From positions 62,001 through 126,000 of the forward strand of contig JALMLS010000322.1 in the NCBI GenBank assembly GCA_038496445.1: a stretch of 64,000 nucleotides of DNA, read 5' to 3'. How positions within the stretch are numbered: position 1 is the stretch's first letter; the number at the start of each line of letters is the position of its first letter. Of this stretch, positions 12,570 through 25,492 are shown piece after piece. The DNA is from Trichosphaerium sp. ATCC 40318 (Eukaryota; Protista; Tubulinea). The notes under the pieces are model-generated. The model was not told the origin of the DNA and searched no databases. It was given only the letters and a program-made list of their open reading frames with translations. The position numbers and the translations under genes are program-made.

Positions 12570-13991
12570 CTATATGGACAGATAGTATTCATAAGATCTG
12601 CCTTTGTTGTTGACAATATCTACATTAGCTCCGCATTCAAGAAGTCGTTCCATTTTCATTCTATTGCAATACTTGCAAGCAAGAAGAAGTGCAGTATTGC
12701 CTTCATGATCACAATGATCAATAACACAATCCTTGTGTTTCAAAACCATATCAAAAACATCATAGTACGCTGTGGTTTCATAGTCCATGGCAGCCAATAG
12801 TGTTAACACAGTACTCCCACTGCTATTTGGACGGTGGATAGGAAGATCATCAAAACACGTGCAGTGATTACACAACATCTTTAGTTTCTTGAAATTGCAT
12901 TCACGGAATAATACCCAGAATAAATCGACATCTTGCAATAAATGTTTGATGTAAGGTATGTTAACATCACGTATGAATCTAGGTACATGATAAAGAAGAT
13001 TCCAACCTTTGTTATCTTTGATTGAAACATCATATTTTGGTATCTTTGTTAAATCAAATATCCAATCATTTTCATCGTCATAGTCATCATAATCAACACA
13101 TTCACTATAATCTAAACATTGAGAATTGTAGTGCATCAAAGCAGTTTTACCAAAACAATCTTGTGCATTTACATCACTGTGTTTAATCAAATACTCAAGG
13201 ATTGCAACATCACAACTCAATTTGCAACACATCATTAGAATGGTGGTTCCGCATTTGCCTTGTTCTTTGAAGATTTTATCACCCATAAGGGCATATATCT
13301 GTTCGAAGTGCTCAAGGTAAATGTCAAAGTAATCAAATGCCTCCATTAAAGATGTGTATGATAGCTTATCTGTAACAAAAAACTCATCAGCACATATCGA
13401 TTCTTCATCAGAGGGAATATCTTCATCTACATAGGGAGCATCAATCAAAACAAAATCTTTATCATTGTCGCTCATGTCTTGGCTTCCATCGTTATCAAAA
13501 AGTAGTTCGTATTCCTTCTTTTTTCCATTTTTGAGGTGGTTGATGAGTAGCTCTTCAGTGTAATGTTGTAGTACTGTAAAGAACTCACTTGAGTACTGAG
13601 TAGTATCTGATGCGAGGTTAGCAGCTAACTCCAAAACAGAACGCCTAAATTGGTCTGGTGGAATTGCAAACTCTTTGGGGTCTATTTTAATGTATCCAAG
13701 ATGCATTGGTAAGTAATTGATCCAAAAGTATTTTAAGGTCATACAACTGAAGCATTGGTACTCTTCGAGGTATCCACGTTGGTTTAAAACGCGTTTTAGT
13801 GTATAATCGCTTACGTTACACACAATCGCATTAAAAAACTTTGATGTGCGTTTAAGATGTATTGTCGTGACTACAGGAGATGATACGCAACGATAGAAAG
13901 TAAATTCAAGTATTTCAGGAGGAAGGTCGCAAATAGATGTTGTTGCTGTTCTGTTTGACTCTTTCTGCCGTCTTTTAGACGAAAGTGCCAT
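12570..13991 (-). CDS. Intronless F-box + histone-H3-like segment + acidic tract + ankyrin-repeat protein (473 aa)
   Basis: ICDLPPEILEFTF (F-box); ankyrin repeats GTTILMMCC, DVNAQDCFGKTALMH, DHEGNTALLLACKY..LLECGANVDIVNNKGRS; single uninterrupted ORF. Confidence 0.85.
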   Translation of the reverse strand: MALSSKRRQKESNRTATTSICDLPPEILEFTFYRCVSSPVVTTIHLKRTSKFFNAIVCNVSDYTLKRVLNQRGYLEEYQCFSCMTLKYFWINYLPMHLGYIKIDPKEFAIPPDQFRRSVLELAANLASDTTQYSSEFFTVLQHYTEELLINHLKNGKKKEYELLFDNDGSQDMSDNDKDFVLIDAPYVDEDIPSDEESICADEFFVTDKLSYTSLMEAFDYFDIYLEHFEQIYALMGDKIFKEQGKCGTTILMMCCKLSCDVAILEYLIKHSDVNAQDCFGKTALMHYNSQCLDYSECVDYDDYDDENDWIFDLTKIPKYDVSIKDNKGWNLLYHVPRFIRDVNIPYIKHLLQDVDLFWVLFRECNFKKLKMLCNHCTCFDDLPIHRPNSSGSTVLTLLAAMDYETTAYYDVFDMVLKHKDCVIDHCDHEGNTALLLACKYCNRMKMERLLECGANVDIVNNKGRSYEYYLSI

Positions 13992-14218
13992 CGATTGAAG
14001 ATAACGACGCGATAGGAAAATAGGTGAAATGAAATAGTTCGTGACGAGACTTGACCTGTAGTAGGCCTTATTATCAATGCAAATACAACAATCTTACATT
14101 CTTGGATTAACATTTCCACATAATCAACAGTAGACTTGATGTCGTTACTTTTACACTTCATCTTTCTTATTTTGACAATGTATTGAGTTTCAACTGTACA
14201 AATCTTAAAAGTCTTGTG

Positions 14219-16129
14219 TCACATGTCAAACGTTGCTGTTAAACCTAAGACTATAGTTAAGATTGTATGGAATCTAATTAAATTGGAACGTACCTCTATG
14301 ATCTGAAGGGATAACACTGTACTTTGCTCTCCTTGTAATATAATTTTTATTGCTTACTACTTGACTATCAAGTAGCCTTAGTGTTTCCCCATGATATAAT
14401 ATGAAGTCAATTCTCTTCTTAGGCTTCTTCTTAATAGTGATGTAAGTCCACCCTTTCTATAAAACATAAGTACATTTGTTTGTAAAAAGTTTAAACGTTT
14501 TAAAGTATAAACTGCTGAATTACCTTCACTTGTTCCTTCATTGTAGTTGCTTCCGGATGCGCCGTTGACCATGCATCCTTGAAAGCTGGTACCATACTTT
14601 AAAAACTAGTGTTAGAGAGGTGTATATTGCGGACAATAAGTTACCCTGATAATTGTATGTTTCCTTGCATAAAATTAAGAAAATCGCCATCGAAGTTCTC
14701 ATTGAAGTCACCAACAAGAACACGAGGTTCTGGAAAATGATTTGCAAATTCATATAACTCTACAGCATTTCTACGCCTAGCATGATCGCTCAAAGTAGAG
14801 TGCGTGGTGAGAAAATTAACGACACCTTTGAGCAAGAGGTTAGTCAAGAAAACAAAGATATTGATAACCAGAAAGGCTTGTACCTTTGGGTGTCTTTACT
14901 TCTGCTTGCAAACAAGCCCTTTGGTGTTCGTCTTCTCCATCAGAAAAGTTTCTTGACATGTATATGAACTCACTGCTTAAAATAGGGTACTTTGAGATGA
15001 TTGCTATACCCTACAGGAATTTGTTTCTAAAAAAACTTGCGATGAAGTTGTACCTCTTCAGTGTGCTCAAAAACGTCATTCCCATTCCAGTTTCGGCCAA
15101 ATTTAATATAGTTCATTGCTGGTTGGTAAATATATTGATAGTCCGGTAGGTGTTTCATGAGGTGCATGATTTGACTCCCCATTCTTTGCGAAAATTAAAC
15201 CCGAAGCGTTTCTATCCAATGGACGTACCTTCTCCCGTTTTTTGGTACAGGATACTCATAGTTGGTGTACCGTACTTCCTGTAAACCAACAATATCAGGA
15301 TCCTGGTCCTTAATTTGATTTGCAACAAGCCTCATGCGTTCCATGTAGTACTGAGATAAATGCCAAATGTTGTATGACATAATTTTTAGAGGAGGACTAT
15401 CAACTTCATTATTCGTTAGTGTTTCTGAGTCCAATTCTTCTACGACTACAGCATCCTCAGTATTGTAGAATGTGTGACGTCTTACAAACCAGTAATCTTT
15501 ATGATTTCTGAAGAGTTGGATATCGTGTTGCACGATACCATCATTTTGAATGACTTGTATTTGTACATCGTGTACTTCCTTTAAAAACGCGAAATTAAAA
15601 CCAAAAAGCACGTGATGGCTTGGAAAATTGCTTCAATGTTGGGTTACGTACTCCGCATCCAAAGTTTCTATTCACTGCCAAGCCATTGCTGTGTCTGTAC
15701 TTGTAGTACAGAGGCTACGCTAAACCGTTAACACTTGTACGATTATTCTCTTGAATTCGCACAGGATAAAAGAACATACCTGTTGTGTTACGCTTACAAG
15801 TTTATGTACGTAATCATCAACCTCCGGGAGATTTTGGTTATGAGCAGACAACCAAGCATCAAGCACGTCTGATTTAGCCTTCTAATATGGATTTGAGCGT
15901 CTTGTAAGTATTTATGAGAGCATACAGCCAAAATATATGATGCTTCCGTGCTTTTCAAATCTAAGCACGACGAATCGCCTACTAAACCCGCATATCCAAT
16001 TATACTACGTTCCCAGTCGCTAGCAACGTCACCTATTTTTTGTGAACTCTTAAGTGCCTCCTACGCGTTATACATACCTGTACAAGCGTACAAGGCTATA
16101 GCCACAAAAAAAAGAATGCGTGTCACCAT
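14219..16129 (-). CDS. Endonuclease/exonuclease/phosphatase (EEP) family protein with signal peptide (multi-exon)
   Basis: KIMSYNIWH, DPDIVGLQEV, LVGDFNE, PSDHR motifs; N-terminus MVTRILFFVAIALYACT. Confidence 0.85.
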
Positions 16130-16225
16130 CAATGTAGCGACTTTGGCTTGCTGGGTTTGTGGCGTCAAAAACTTTTCTGAAGCACGTTTTTATTCCACGT
16201 CAACGGCGCCTCCTTTACGTCTGCG

Positions 16226-19200
16226 ATGGCAGCCAAAACGCCTTCCAACACGCCTCGAAATAAAACGCCAACAAAGCGCAAAAAATCTAAAATAAAGCCT
16301 GTTGAGCTCGATATACCAGAAGAACTCAATTTTAGTGAAGATCTACAACGATGTATTGCGGAGATTCTTCCTAGTGATGATCCTATTGACAAAGCAAAGT
16401 TTAATGCCACCGAATACATTAATGGCATGTTTCAAGACGGTACAGCAACTAATACAGCTTTTATGTCTGATTTTTACAGAGAAAGCGCTCACCAACACTC
16501 TGGACGCTCAAGTGGCTAAACTTACTCGTAGAATAAATCGGTACTACAAATACGTCGTTTAAAACTAATAAACTCAAAGAATTGACGAACAGATAATAGA
16601 CAGCGTCACTAAACAAAGTAGAGCAGGCGTACAAGGAAAATCCGAGTTAGAACAAGCGAAAGAATCCATCAAGGTAAATAACAATCTTCCTTTTACTTGA
16701 AAATGCCATACCGCACTGTACCGCTCCGTTTTTCTTTCATAAATGCCAAAACGCACCTGTCAAAATGTTTAACTTCTAACGCAACAAACCAATTAAAGGA
16801 ACTGTTTACTAAAGTAACTGATATTAAACAACGCGCTGAAGAGTCAGAAAAAATGGTTCAAGAAATTTGTAGTGATATAAGAGACTTAGATTACGCAAAA
16901 AAGAACCTTACAACAGCAATAAAGTCTCTAGAACAAATCAATAATGTTGGTACGTGTAGTGACCTTTTTTCGTTTCTTCATCGCTTCTAACTCGTTTTCT
17001 AGTACAAGGTCTTGTTAAAATTAGAGCCTTACTGTCTCAACGTCAGTTCAAAGAAGTCAGTCACTTATTCAAAGTACGCATTGGGGTTTTTTTTATTTCT
17101 TCTTACTTTATTTGAAACGTTAAGTTCTATTGTATAACTAATGATTTAAGGCTATCACGGATATATTAGAGCAGTTTAAAGATTATCAACATGTCCCAAA
17201 AGTAAAAGAGTTAAACAGCGCCACTGAAAAACTTGCTGAGGAGTTAAAAACATGCGTATTCAGCGAGTTTGATGAGTACGTATTTTCTCAATAGTTTGAG
17301 ATTGCTTTTTTTCTCACTCGGATCTCAAGTGTTGAAATCGAAAAGAAGTCAGAGCGAGACCTCAATATGCTTGCAGATGCTATTAGCGTTGTAGAAGCAC
17401 TTGGAGAAGATGTCAAGGCTGAATTTTTAAGCAACTTTACACAGAAGATACTACAGCCTTATCATGATCAATTTAAAGGCGATGTACGTACATCTTATGA
17501 CATTATCATTCAGTAGCCTTTAACTTATAATAATTTAAACAGATGGCTGGACTTCAGTACGCTGGTAAACGATACACGTGGTTTATGAACTTGTTGAATG
17601 TTTACGCTGATTATTGGTCCAAAATCTTCCCAGAAAGGTACACCAAAACGTCATTTCTCTTTTTTGGTTTTGTTAACGTTTGTACTAGTTGGAATATGCG
17701 AGAATACCTCAGTTGGGATTTTTGCTCTACTACTAGGTATAGTTTATCTATATGACGCCTTTTTGTGTTGTCTTATGGTCTGTGTAGTCAAGAATATATT
17801 GAAATGTTAGACTCACGAAATATTGATCCTAAAGTATTCAGAAAAGCTCTCAAGAATACTGTAATGTTTGAGAAGGAGCTCATCAAGTTATTTGCAAAAA
17901 AGGTAAAGTGTTTAGATAGCGTTTGATTAATAAGTATGTTAACATTTACGGTAGGGAGACAGACCTCCAGAAGAAGTATCTCTTGATCCATCTCTAAATC
18001 CACATTCAGCAAAGGCAATTGAGTTAAAATACAAGCGCTTTAAGAAGATGAGAGAATGGGTATGACATTGTACCATGTATAACTAGAGTTGTATAGTTGA
18101 TTTCATTTTAGGAAGAACATAGAACTGAGAAGCCATCAGCTGCTGTTCGATTTAAGCATATTATATCTTATTGCTTTGATTCTTATATGAATATATACAT
18201 GGAGTACCTAGACGATGTTTTGAACGATCAATTCTCTCAAATAATGAGTCAAGAGACTTGGGTTGTCGAAGAAACAGATAGGTAAGTGACATAGCTCAAT
18301 TAGGCTCTCGTGCAAAAACGAAAAACAAGTTTTTGTTTTTTGCCTACAAGAACTACAGTTTTACCTCTTTTTACTTTGTCTAATGTCATTGGTAGATACA
18401 AAGTTCTAGGATCTATAACAACCCTCATCTTTTCTTTTTCAAAGCGTACACAACAAGAGAGTTACTTACCACCGCAAGCAAAGCTTCTTTTGTTAAAGTT
18501 ATACGCAAAATATCTTACTTTATATGCTTCAAAGCTAAAAGACAGGCTTCCTAGGTACTATGTGTATGTATCCTATTTTATATTTATTGAATTGGAACCA
18601 TTACAAGCAATTTGTTATGGCCAGTTGACGTATACATATTGCCAACTACATTGTTTATAGATACTAATCTATAAACGTGCTATCGCATTTTATCACTAGT
18701 TTATATTCACGTATCATTTATATATTATGCTGTCAATCTCGTTGCAGTGCTATACCTTTTTTTGGTTTATCTGACACCTTGTTTTGTAGCCTAGAAGAAT
18801 TGAAAGCTCAGCGTGAACCCTTGAATAAAGATGAGGAGTGTATTGTTTGTAGTATAATCAACACAGCGTACTATTGCAGTAACACTACAACGAAGATGGA
18901 AGAGAAGTTTAAAGCATCAATTGAAGCACAATATCATGACAGAATATCGCTTGAAGATGAAGGCGCACAGTTCCAAAGGTAAAACAACACCAACTTGATT
19001 TTTTTTTGAAAGTGATTAACGTGGTTGTTAGTATCATTGCTTTAGCGTTCAGTGTGCTTGTAACTGCGCTTGAAAAGAAGATTGAGCCTTACTTTGATAA
19101 GATAACCAAACTTCTTTGGGGTACGTAACAAGCTGAGGTTTTGTTAAGTTGCTAACGTCCTTCTTTCTTTAGACAAGGCAGAGATTGTAGTTGATCAGTC

Positions 19201-20144
19201 TCAATATGTCACAGACGTTATTGAGCTTTTAAGTGATACTATTCCATTCTACAACAAATGGATTGTTGTCAGTGATCACTTTTCATTCTTTTGCACAACG
19301 TTTGTTAGGTAAAATCGAGTTTGTTTTTATACATCAACTTGCTTTCGCTTACCAAAACGTCCAAAGGTCATTTATTCACATGTATGAGACTACTATCAAG
19401 ACTTGTAAAATTATTAGTACCAACGGCACTCAACAGCTGCTATTGGATATAGAGAATATCAAGATTGCGTTATTAAGGCTCCCAGTACAAGGCATGGGCG
19501 ACTCTGCAAAGGTCACTGATAGGTAAGTGCGAAATCTTTTTTTTTAAAAATCGTTATTCAAAAAAAAACTAGCCAGAAAAAACCGTAAATGATCACCTTC
19601 TAAATAATGTTTAGGTATGCTCGAAGGGTCAAGAGACTTATGGGGGCTGTTGAGAATTATATCAAGGCACTTGCATGCCCTGCAGATACGTTGGTAGACA
19701 GCTACAAGTTGTTGATACCTGATCACTCTGATATTGGTTTGGTTAAGATTATGCAACTCAGGGTAAGTTTAAATCACATAAACAAGCGTGTAAAAAATAG
19801 CCTCAAAACGGTTCACTGGTGCAAGCAATACTAGGGCGTATTTTGGTTGAAAACTGCTTACTGCACAGTGAGAGCCAACTTTGTAAACTAAGAACTAAAT
19901 TCTTAGCTTTCCCTCTTTTTCTTTGCTTTCCTTTAGGCTTATTTTGCTTCTTTAGGGTATGAAGAGAGTTGAGATGGAAGCTATACTCGATGAGTATGGA
20001 TCAGAGCCAGATTCATTAGCTAGATCGCAAGTTAAGTCGAACTTGATTTCGAATTTGAATTTTTCTGGTGTAGTTTCTGTAGGCGATCAGAGTACTATCA
20101 AAAAGTTTTTTTCGTTTAGAGGTAGTAGTGGAAATCCATCTTAG
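16226..20144 (+). CDS. VPS53: GARP/EARP complex subunit Vps53 (multi-exon)
   Basis: LPSDDPIDKAKFNATEYINGMF; AEESEKMVQEICSDIRDLDYAKKNLTTAI; IINTAYYC; QQLLLD. Confidence 0.95.
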
Positions 20145-20526
20145 AAAAGAGAACAAAAGAAACAGAATCAAAAAGAAAATGTAAATAAGCCAAAAAAAGA
20201 AATTAGAAAAACGAAGAGTTCTTTGCAGTTACGGAAAAAATCATAGTTCGTTATCTTTTGGTTTTTTATGGACTTGTAGAAGATCATATAAGCAATTAAT
20301 CTCGTAAAATGATTTTGTATGCTATTACGAACCTAAAAAAAAACACCAACTTCCTTTTTCACTCTTTTTGGCCATGTACCGTTTCCGAAATCGAAACGAC
20401 TTTCCAAATTCGAATAAAGGAACGTCAACCGGCAAAGTTGGGCTAAAAGAAGACGAGATAAATAATAAATTTAGTAAAAACTACGAAGTCTTTTTGTTCG
20501 TTGTGTTTGAAGCTATTTATACTAGA

Positions 20527-21558
20527 ATGACAGCTCCTTATCCTCACACGTTTAAAAATATCGTTACCGATAAAATGCACCAGTGTTTAGGACGTGTATC
20601 AACGTCTTATGCTCGCAAGTTCTTGCCAAAATACAGAGCCACCAAATTCATAGCCCAAGGGTCCTTTGGCGTCGTATACAAGGCAGTAGATCAACACTTC
20701 AACCGACACACTGTTGCTATGAAATACGCCTTTTCAGAGGAATCAAGTAAGATGCTCGTACGTTCAAAGTAGTCTAATCATACTTGTTACTAACGTATTG
20801 AGTAGGAGGAGGAATATCGGTTCCTACAACGTACTGTTCATCCAAATATTATGTCGCCAATCGAATTTTATCAAGATGATCAAGAGTCTTTCTTAGTTCT
20901 ACCATACGCAAAGATGGACGCCCAAGATTTAGCTTACATGGGTATATCAATACAAGCGAGCGCGTATATTATAAAATGTGTACTATCGGCGATCAAGGCT
21001 CTTCAGTGCATAAAGATCATTCACCGAGACGTAAAAACAGCCAATATCTTGCTTAGACCTGACGGTACAGTGAAGCTATGCGATTTCGGGCTTGCAACGG
21101 ACTATCACTCTGTGGAGGAAGGGTTTGTAGGAACGCCAGGATACGTAGCGCCATCGACACAGTTCTACGGTTGGCAACTAAACGCTGATATTTTTGCGAT
21201 TGGTATGACTGCTGTAGACCTTGTACTCGCTTGTCAGTATGATACGCCATCAGAAATCGACTGTAGAAACGGTTCGTGGATCACAAACGATTTGAGAGCC
21301 AAAGAAGCAAAAAGGACGTTAGACGAAAATACTAGCGTCAACAGCGATGTCAAACATTTTGTACATCTCTGCTACACAGAATCTGTAAGTTCCTTTGATC
21401 ATCTCACTACACATCCGTTCATCAACAGTGCATATAAATCTGCTTACGAGCTACAACATGAAATGAAACGAAAATGTAAAAAAAAAAAGTTCTTCTCTTT
21501 ATTTTAAGGTCAAACACCACTGTTATCACTCGAGGAGAAACTCAAGCATCACTTGTAA
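20527..21558 (+). CDS. STE20-like Ser/Thr protein kinase, divergent (2 introns)
   Basis: AQGSFGVVYKA, VAMK, HPNI, HRDVKTANILL, KLCDFGLA, FVGTPGYVAPS. Confidence 0.85.
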
Positions 21559-21964
21559 TTTTATCACCCTAAATAAATCCTTGTTATTATAGTCATTACA
21601 TACTGTGGCATCTTGGTAAGAACAGTTCGTACAGTGAAAGCCAAAACTGCTTCGGGATCAAAATTTAAATAATTCTTGATGAGGTACCCACTCGAGTACT
21701 GCCTATGGTTTCATGTACTTTTTGCAACAAAGACTATAGTACAAATAAGTGTACATTGCAACTTTGCTTGATGAGTGCGTTGACAAATTACAGCATCTTC
21801 TTTGCATGGAGCATTGATGACTAGAAAATGCTTATGCACTGCTTTAACAGTTACTCTTTTTGCCCAAAAACACATGCAAGAATTGTATTTGTTGCCAATA
21901 GTATAACAATTTACAACCATTATCAAGCTGATTTATTTACAAAACTAATAGTCCATATTTTATT

Positions 21965-22585
21965 CTATGCATGTGAGTACACTACTGGAACTGGTATTAT
22001 CCCCTGCTCAGTTTTATTTACATTTCTGAATGCCGTAATAAGAAAATAAAATATTAGTCCTACTATTGCGACTGCAGGTAACCCAATTCCCAAAGAAAGT
22101 CCAAGTATTAAAGCCAAATTACTCTTAGATGTAACATTAACGTCTAACAATCCAGCGTTGGTTTCATTAATGCCAGCAGAAATAAGCACAACAACATGCA
22201 TTGAGGGACTTCGAGTTGTTCTAAATAAACCAGTCTTTGTTAGAATAATTTCCCCATCACATGTATAGTTTTTTTGTGTTATATCACTGTCCATAGATAC
22301 ACTACCAATCATTTTCTTGTCGATGTAAAGAGCGTATGTTGTGTTTGGAGATGAAGCTGTGAATGTTATGTTAATTTCAGCTTCTCCTCTGTACGAATGA
22401 AGGTTAAATTCCTTTTGAATTGGAAATTCGGATGGAGGTTCGCGAATACTTGTAATGTTGCATTGCGTTACTTGTGTTGTTGGAATAAATATTTTATTAG
22501 TAACCCATCCGTTTAATCCAGAGTTTGAAGCACTACAAAGTACAAGGAACAATAGGATAAAAAACGCACAACCGTTGCTACACAT
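21965..22585 (-). CDS. Intronless single-pass type I membrane protein, unknown function
   Basis: Signal CAFFILLFLVLCSA, beta-rich ectodomain with N-glycosylation sequons, TM LALILGLSLGIGLPAVAIVGLIFYFLI. Confidence 0.7.
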   Translation of the reverse strand: MCSNGCAFFILLFLVLCSASNSGLNGWVTNKIFIPTTQVTQCNITSIREPPSEFPIQKEFNLHSYRGEAEINITFTASSPNTTYALYIDKKMIGSVSMDSDITQKNYTCDGEIILTKTGLFRTTRSPSMHVVVLISAGINETNAGLLDVNVTSKSNLALILGLSLGIGLPAVAIVGLIFYFLITAFRNVNKTEQGIIPVPVVYSHA

Positions 22586-23166
22586 TGGAGAACTATTTGT
22601 TTTGAAAACCTGAAAACACAAAAAACTGTTGCGTTCACTTAATAGCTTACATCGCTAGTTAAAGTTATAATATTATATCCGCATGCGTAACAGTATCAAG
22701 CTCAGAGTATCATCTATGTCATTGATCAGTAAGTGTCGCGATTAGTTGTCCCTTTCACGTAACACTTTTCACATTTACTGAAACCTTGTAATTTAAGGAT
22801 TGAAATTTCAAAGTTGTTTCCCAACGTTCTTCCTCACTGCGATGTTTTACTATCTCCTATTCTACAACCACTTAGCTGTAGTATCTCACCAGGCGTAGTA
22901 GCTTTCTTGCTATAGTAGCATCCTTTGCTCCTACACTTGCGTTTACCTCTTGATAAGCAGCAACTGCCTCAAACTTCTATTGGAGGCCTAACCTATCACG
23001 TGTGGGCATTCCGACAATCCTAAGTGCATGAAGAAACTTAAAAAAAACGTTTATTCTGAGTACATTTTCGAAACCTTAAGCCTGCGCTTTCCATTATCGT
23101 TTTCGCTCTCCAAAATAATCTGTTAGATTTGTAGGACATCTATGGAACTACATAATTGTTATAATT

Positions 23167-24064
23167 TTATGATAATCGTTCAAGTTGTTGACGCATGCTT
23201 AAGTTATCTTTTTCATAGCAATTGCATTTCTGTTGTGTCTCGTGAAGAAGTTTCTTAAGTTCAGCTATTTCTTCTTTATATTCCTTACAAATCCCATGAA
23301 GTCTACTATTCTCTTCTAATAGGTTCCTTTTATCCTTATTGAGCTGTCTAATCTCTTGTTGAGCCATGCTTCCATTGACAAAAGGGTTGTTAAAAATACG
23401 TTTTCTTTTAACCTTTGGTGTCACAGCAGGTGATGTCTAAGTCAATTATAAATTAATATACAATAAGATTATATCATTTACCTTGGTAGAGTCAATGAGT
23501 TTTGCTAATTCAGATTGAAGATTATTGTTAAACTGTGCATTGAATTTTGCTTTCGATTCACGTAAAGATTGTATTTCATGTTTTTTGGGTTGTTCCCCTT
23601 TTTCTTCATTTTGTTTTTTGCCTTCTTGAGGTTCTCCGTCACTACTTATAAGTAAGAACCTATGTATAACAGTGTACAAAGATTTTACACAAAATCAGAA
23701 GTAACGGTGAATTAGGAGCACTAAAGAAAAGTAACACGTGCGGATTTACGTCAATAACGTGTTGTTTGGTGGAACCGTTTTTCTTTTCTGACTTTTGTTC
23801 TTCTTCGCTTTCCGCGGCTACCTCTGGATCTAAGAACAATGCTTCCGATATCTCTGCTTCAATAGCACCGAATAAAGATCTATCTTCGATTATATCGAGA
23901 GAACTACTTTCTACACCATCCTCCTGATCGCTAACGCACGTTTTATGTTACAAACAGCGAGATAAAACTAAATGTTGGATAATAAAAGCGTACTCATCCG
24001 TTAGGTCGCTTAATTCCCGCTCAAGATCAAGAAGCGCATTGTCTAACTCGTCTGTTGTTGTCAT
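23167..24064 (-). CDS. Acidic/coiled-coil protein of unknown function (multi-exon)
   Basis: MTTTDELDNALLDLERELSD start; heptad-rich exons 23446..23679 and 23167..23424. Confidence 0.6.
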
Positions 24065-24342
24065 AGCCCCTTGTTACTTTTTTTTATAAGCACGTGATAC
24101 AAGTAAATCCTGAAAACGAAATAGAGAGCAAGAGCTATAGAAATATATGAATAGAGGAGTAACTGAAGTATTAATAAGAATTGCTTGTGTAGTTTCGTGC
24201 TCCTTAGGATTGGATGACTTAATCTGGTGCACTATCGCTTGACAATTTTGTCACTTCTTCATCTATGAACTAATTAGGGTTCTATTGAAGCGCTTGAACA
24301 AAGAAAAAGGTTGTACAAGTAAAACAATGGTAACTAAGTGAA

Positions 24343-25492
24343 TTAACTTTTGACAAGTTTATGTGGAATTATGTGGTAGTATACAACAGGACTAAACTCT
24401 TGGGATACACTCTTTACCCAGGACTCCATCTCTTCTTTTGTTGCACAGGGAGGATTTTTCTTACGACCACGTGGTTTATGATACCTAAGTCGTATTGTAA
24501 CGTCAGAAAGAAATAATAATTGAAAAACCATACTCTGATACATGTGTTATGACTTTATTATCATTTTGTAGTTGCACTGTTGCAAACCGTCTATAAAACT
24601 TATCTACGTTCATTCCTAATAGTATATGAATAAATCTAAATCATTAATTTGTTTACCGCTCATTGATACCAGAAGGAGATTCTGTAATCTTACAGCACCA
24701 AATTCTTTGTCCCGATGCTTTTCACAAAATTCTTTCAACTTTTTGGGATCTACCTTATTCTTCTTTCTACCAAATCTTTGCTTCCATATTGTCACGTGTG
24801 GCTTAAAATATTTTTTATCTGTAACAAACCAAGGGCACTCTTTTTGCAACAACTCATTCAACAGGCCCACGGTAGCTAAGGCATACAAATCTCGTCAAAC
24901 TCAAAAATCGAAAATGAAATCTACTTGTGTTCAAATAGGATACTACCAAAGACTCTAAACTTGCGCAAGATGGGTCCTTTATCGAAACCTGCCCATATGA
25001 CGGTTGAACCAAAACAGGAAACGCCACGTAAAGTCATACATGGTGTATCACTACAACGTAAAGTGAGTTCTGACTTGAAATTTAATTTCGACGTGCCAGT
25101 CAGTAAAGATTGAGCTAAAAAGCACTTGAGCCTACGATAAAGTGAGTAAAGCATCCTTGGCCGTCAGTTGTACTTTAGGTAACACTTGATAAAGCTTGTT
25201 TATTTCTATCGTGTTGTATACATGACCTACAACAAGCCTTTTATAGCGTTAGAGCGTAATTAGCTTTTTAAACGTACGTTATGTGAAGTTTTGCTTCAAA
25301 TGTTTGAAATTGTGCTGCAGTGCCAACATTGAGTACTCTCCTGATCGTTAATTAACGTAGACCCGTTTTTAACCGTTTGTACATTATCTCGGCTTGTAGT
25401 TCCTTAACGCGCTTATGTATTCCCTCATCATCTATTTTGAGCGTAAAAAAGAAGTTAGGTACCAATCGGGGACGAGGTGCTGTGTTTGCCAT
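24343..25492 (-). CDS. AKAP7-like 2H phosphoesterase (multi-exon)
   Basis: PRLVPNFFL N-terminus, two HxT motifs (KLHIT, FKPHVTIWK), LRGVSCFG..VIWA, EFGAVRLQNLLLVSM. Confidence 0.8.

Noticed and set aside
18567-18580. GTATCCT as a U12 donor in VPS53
   Set aside because: Lies inside a longer U2-type intron (18555..18790); no U12 branch motif near the acceptor
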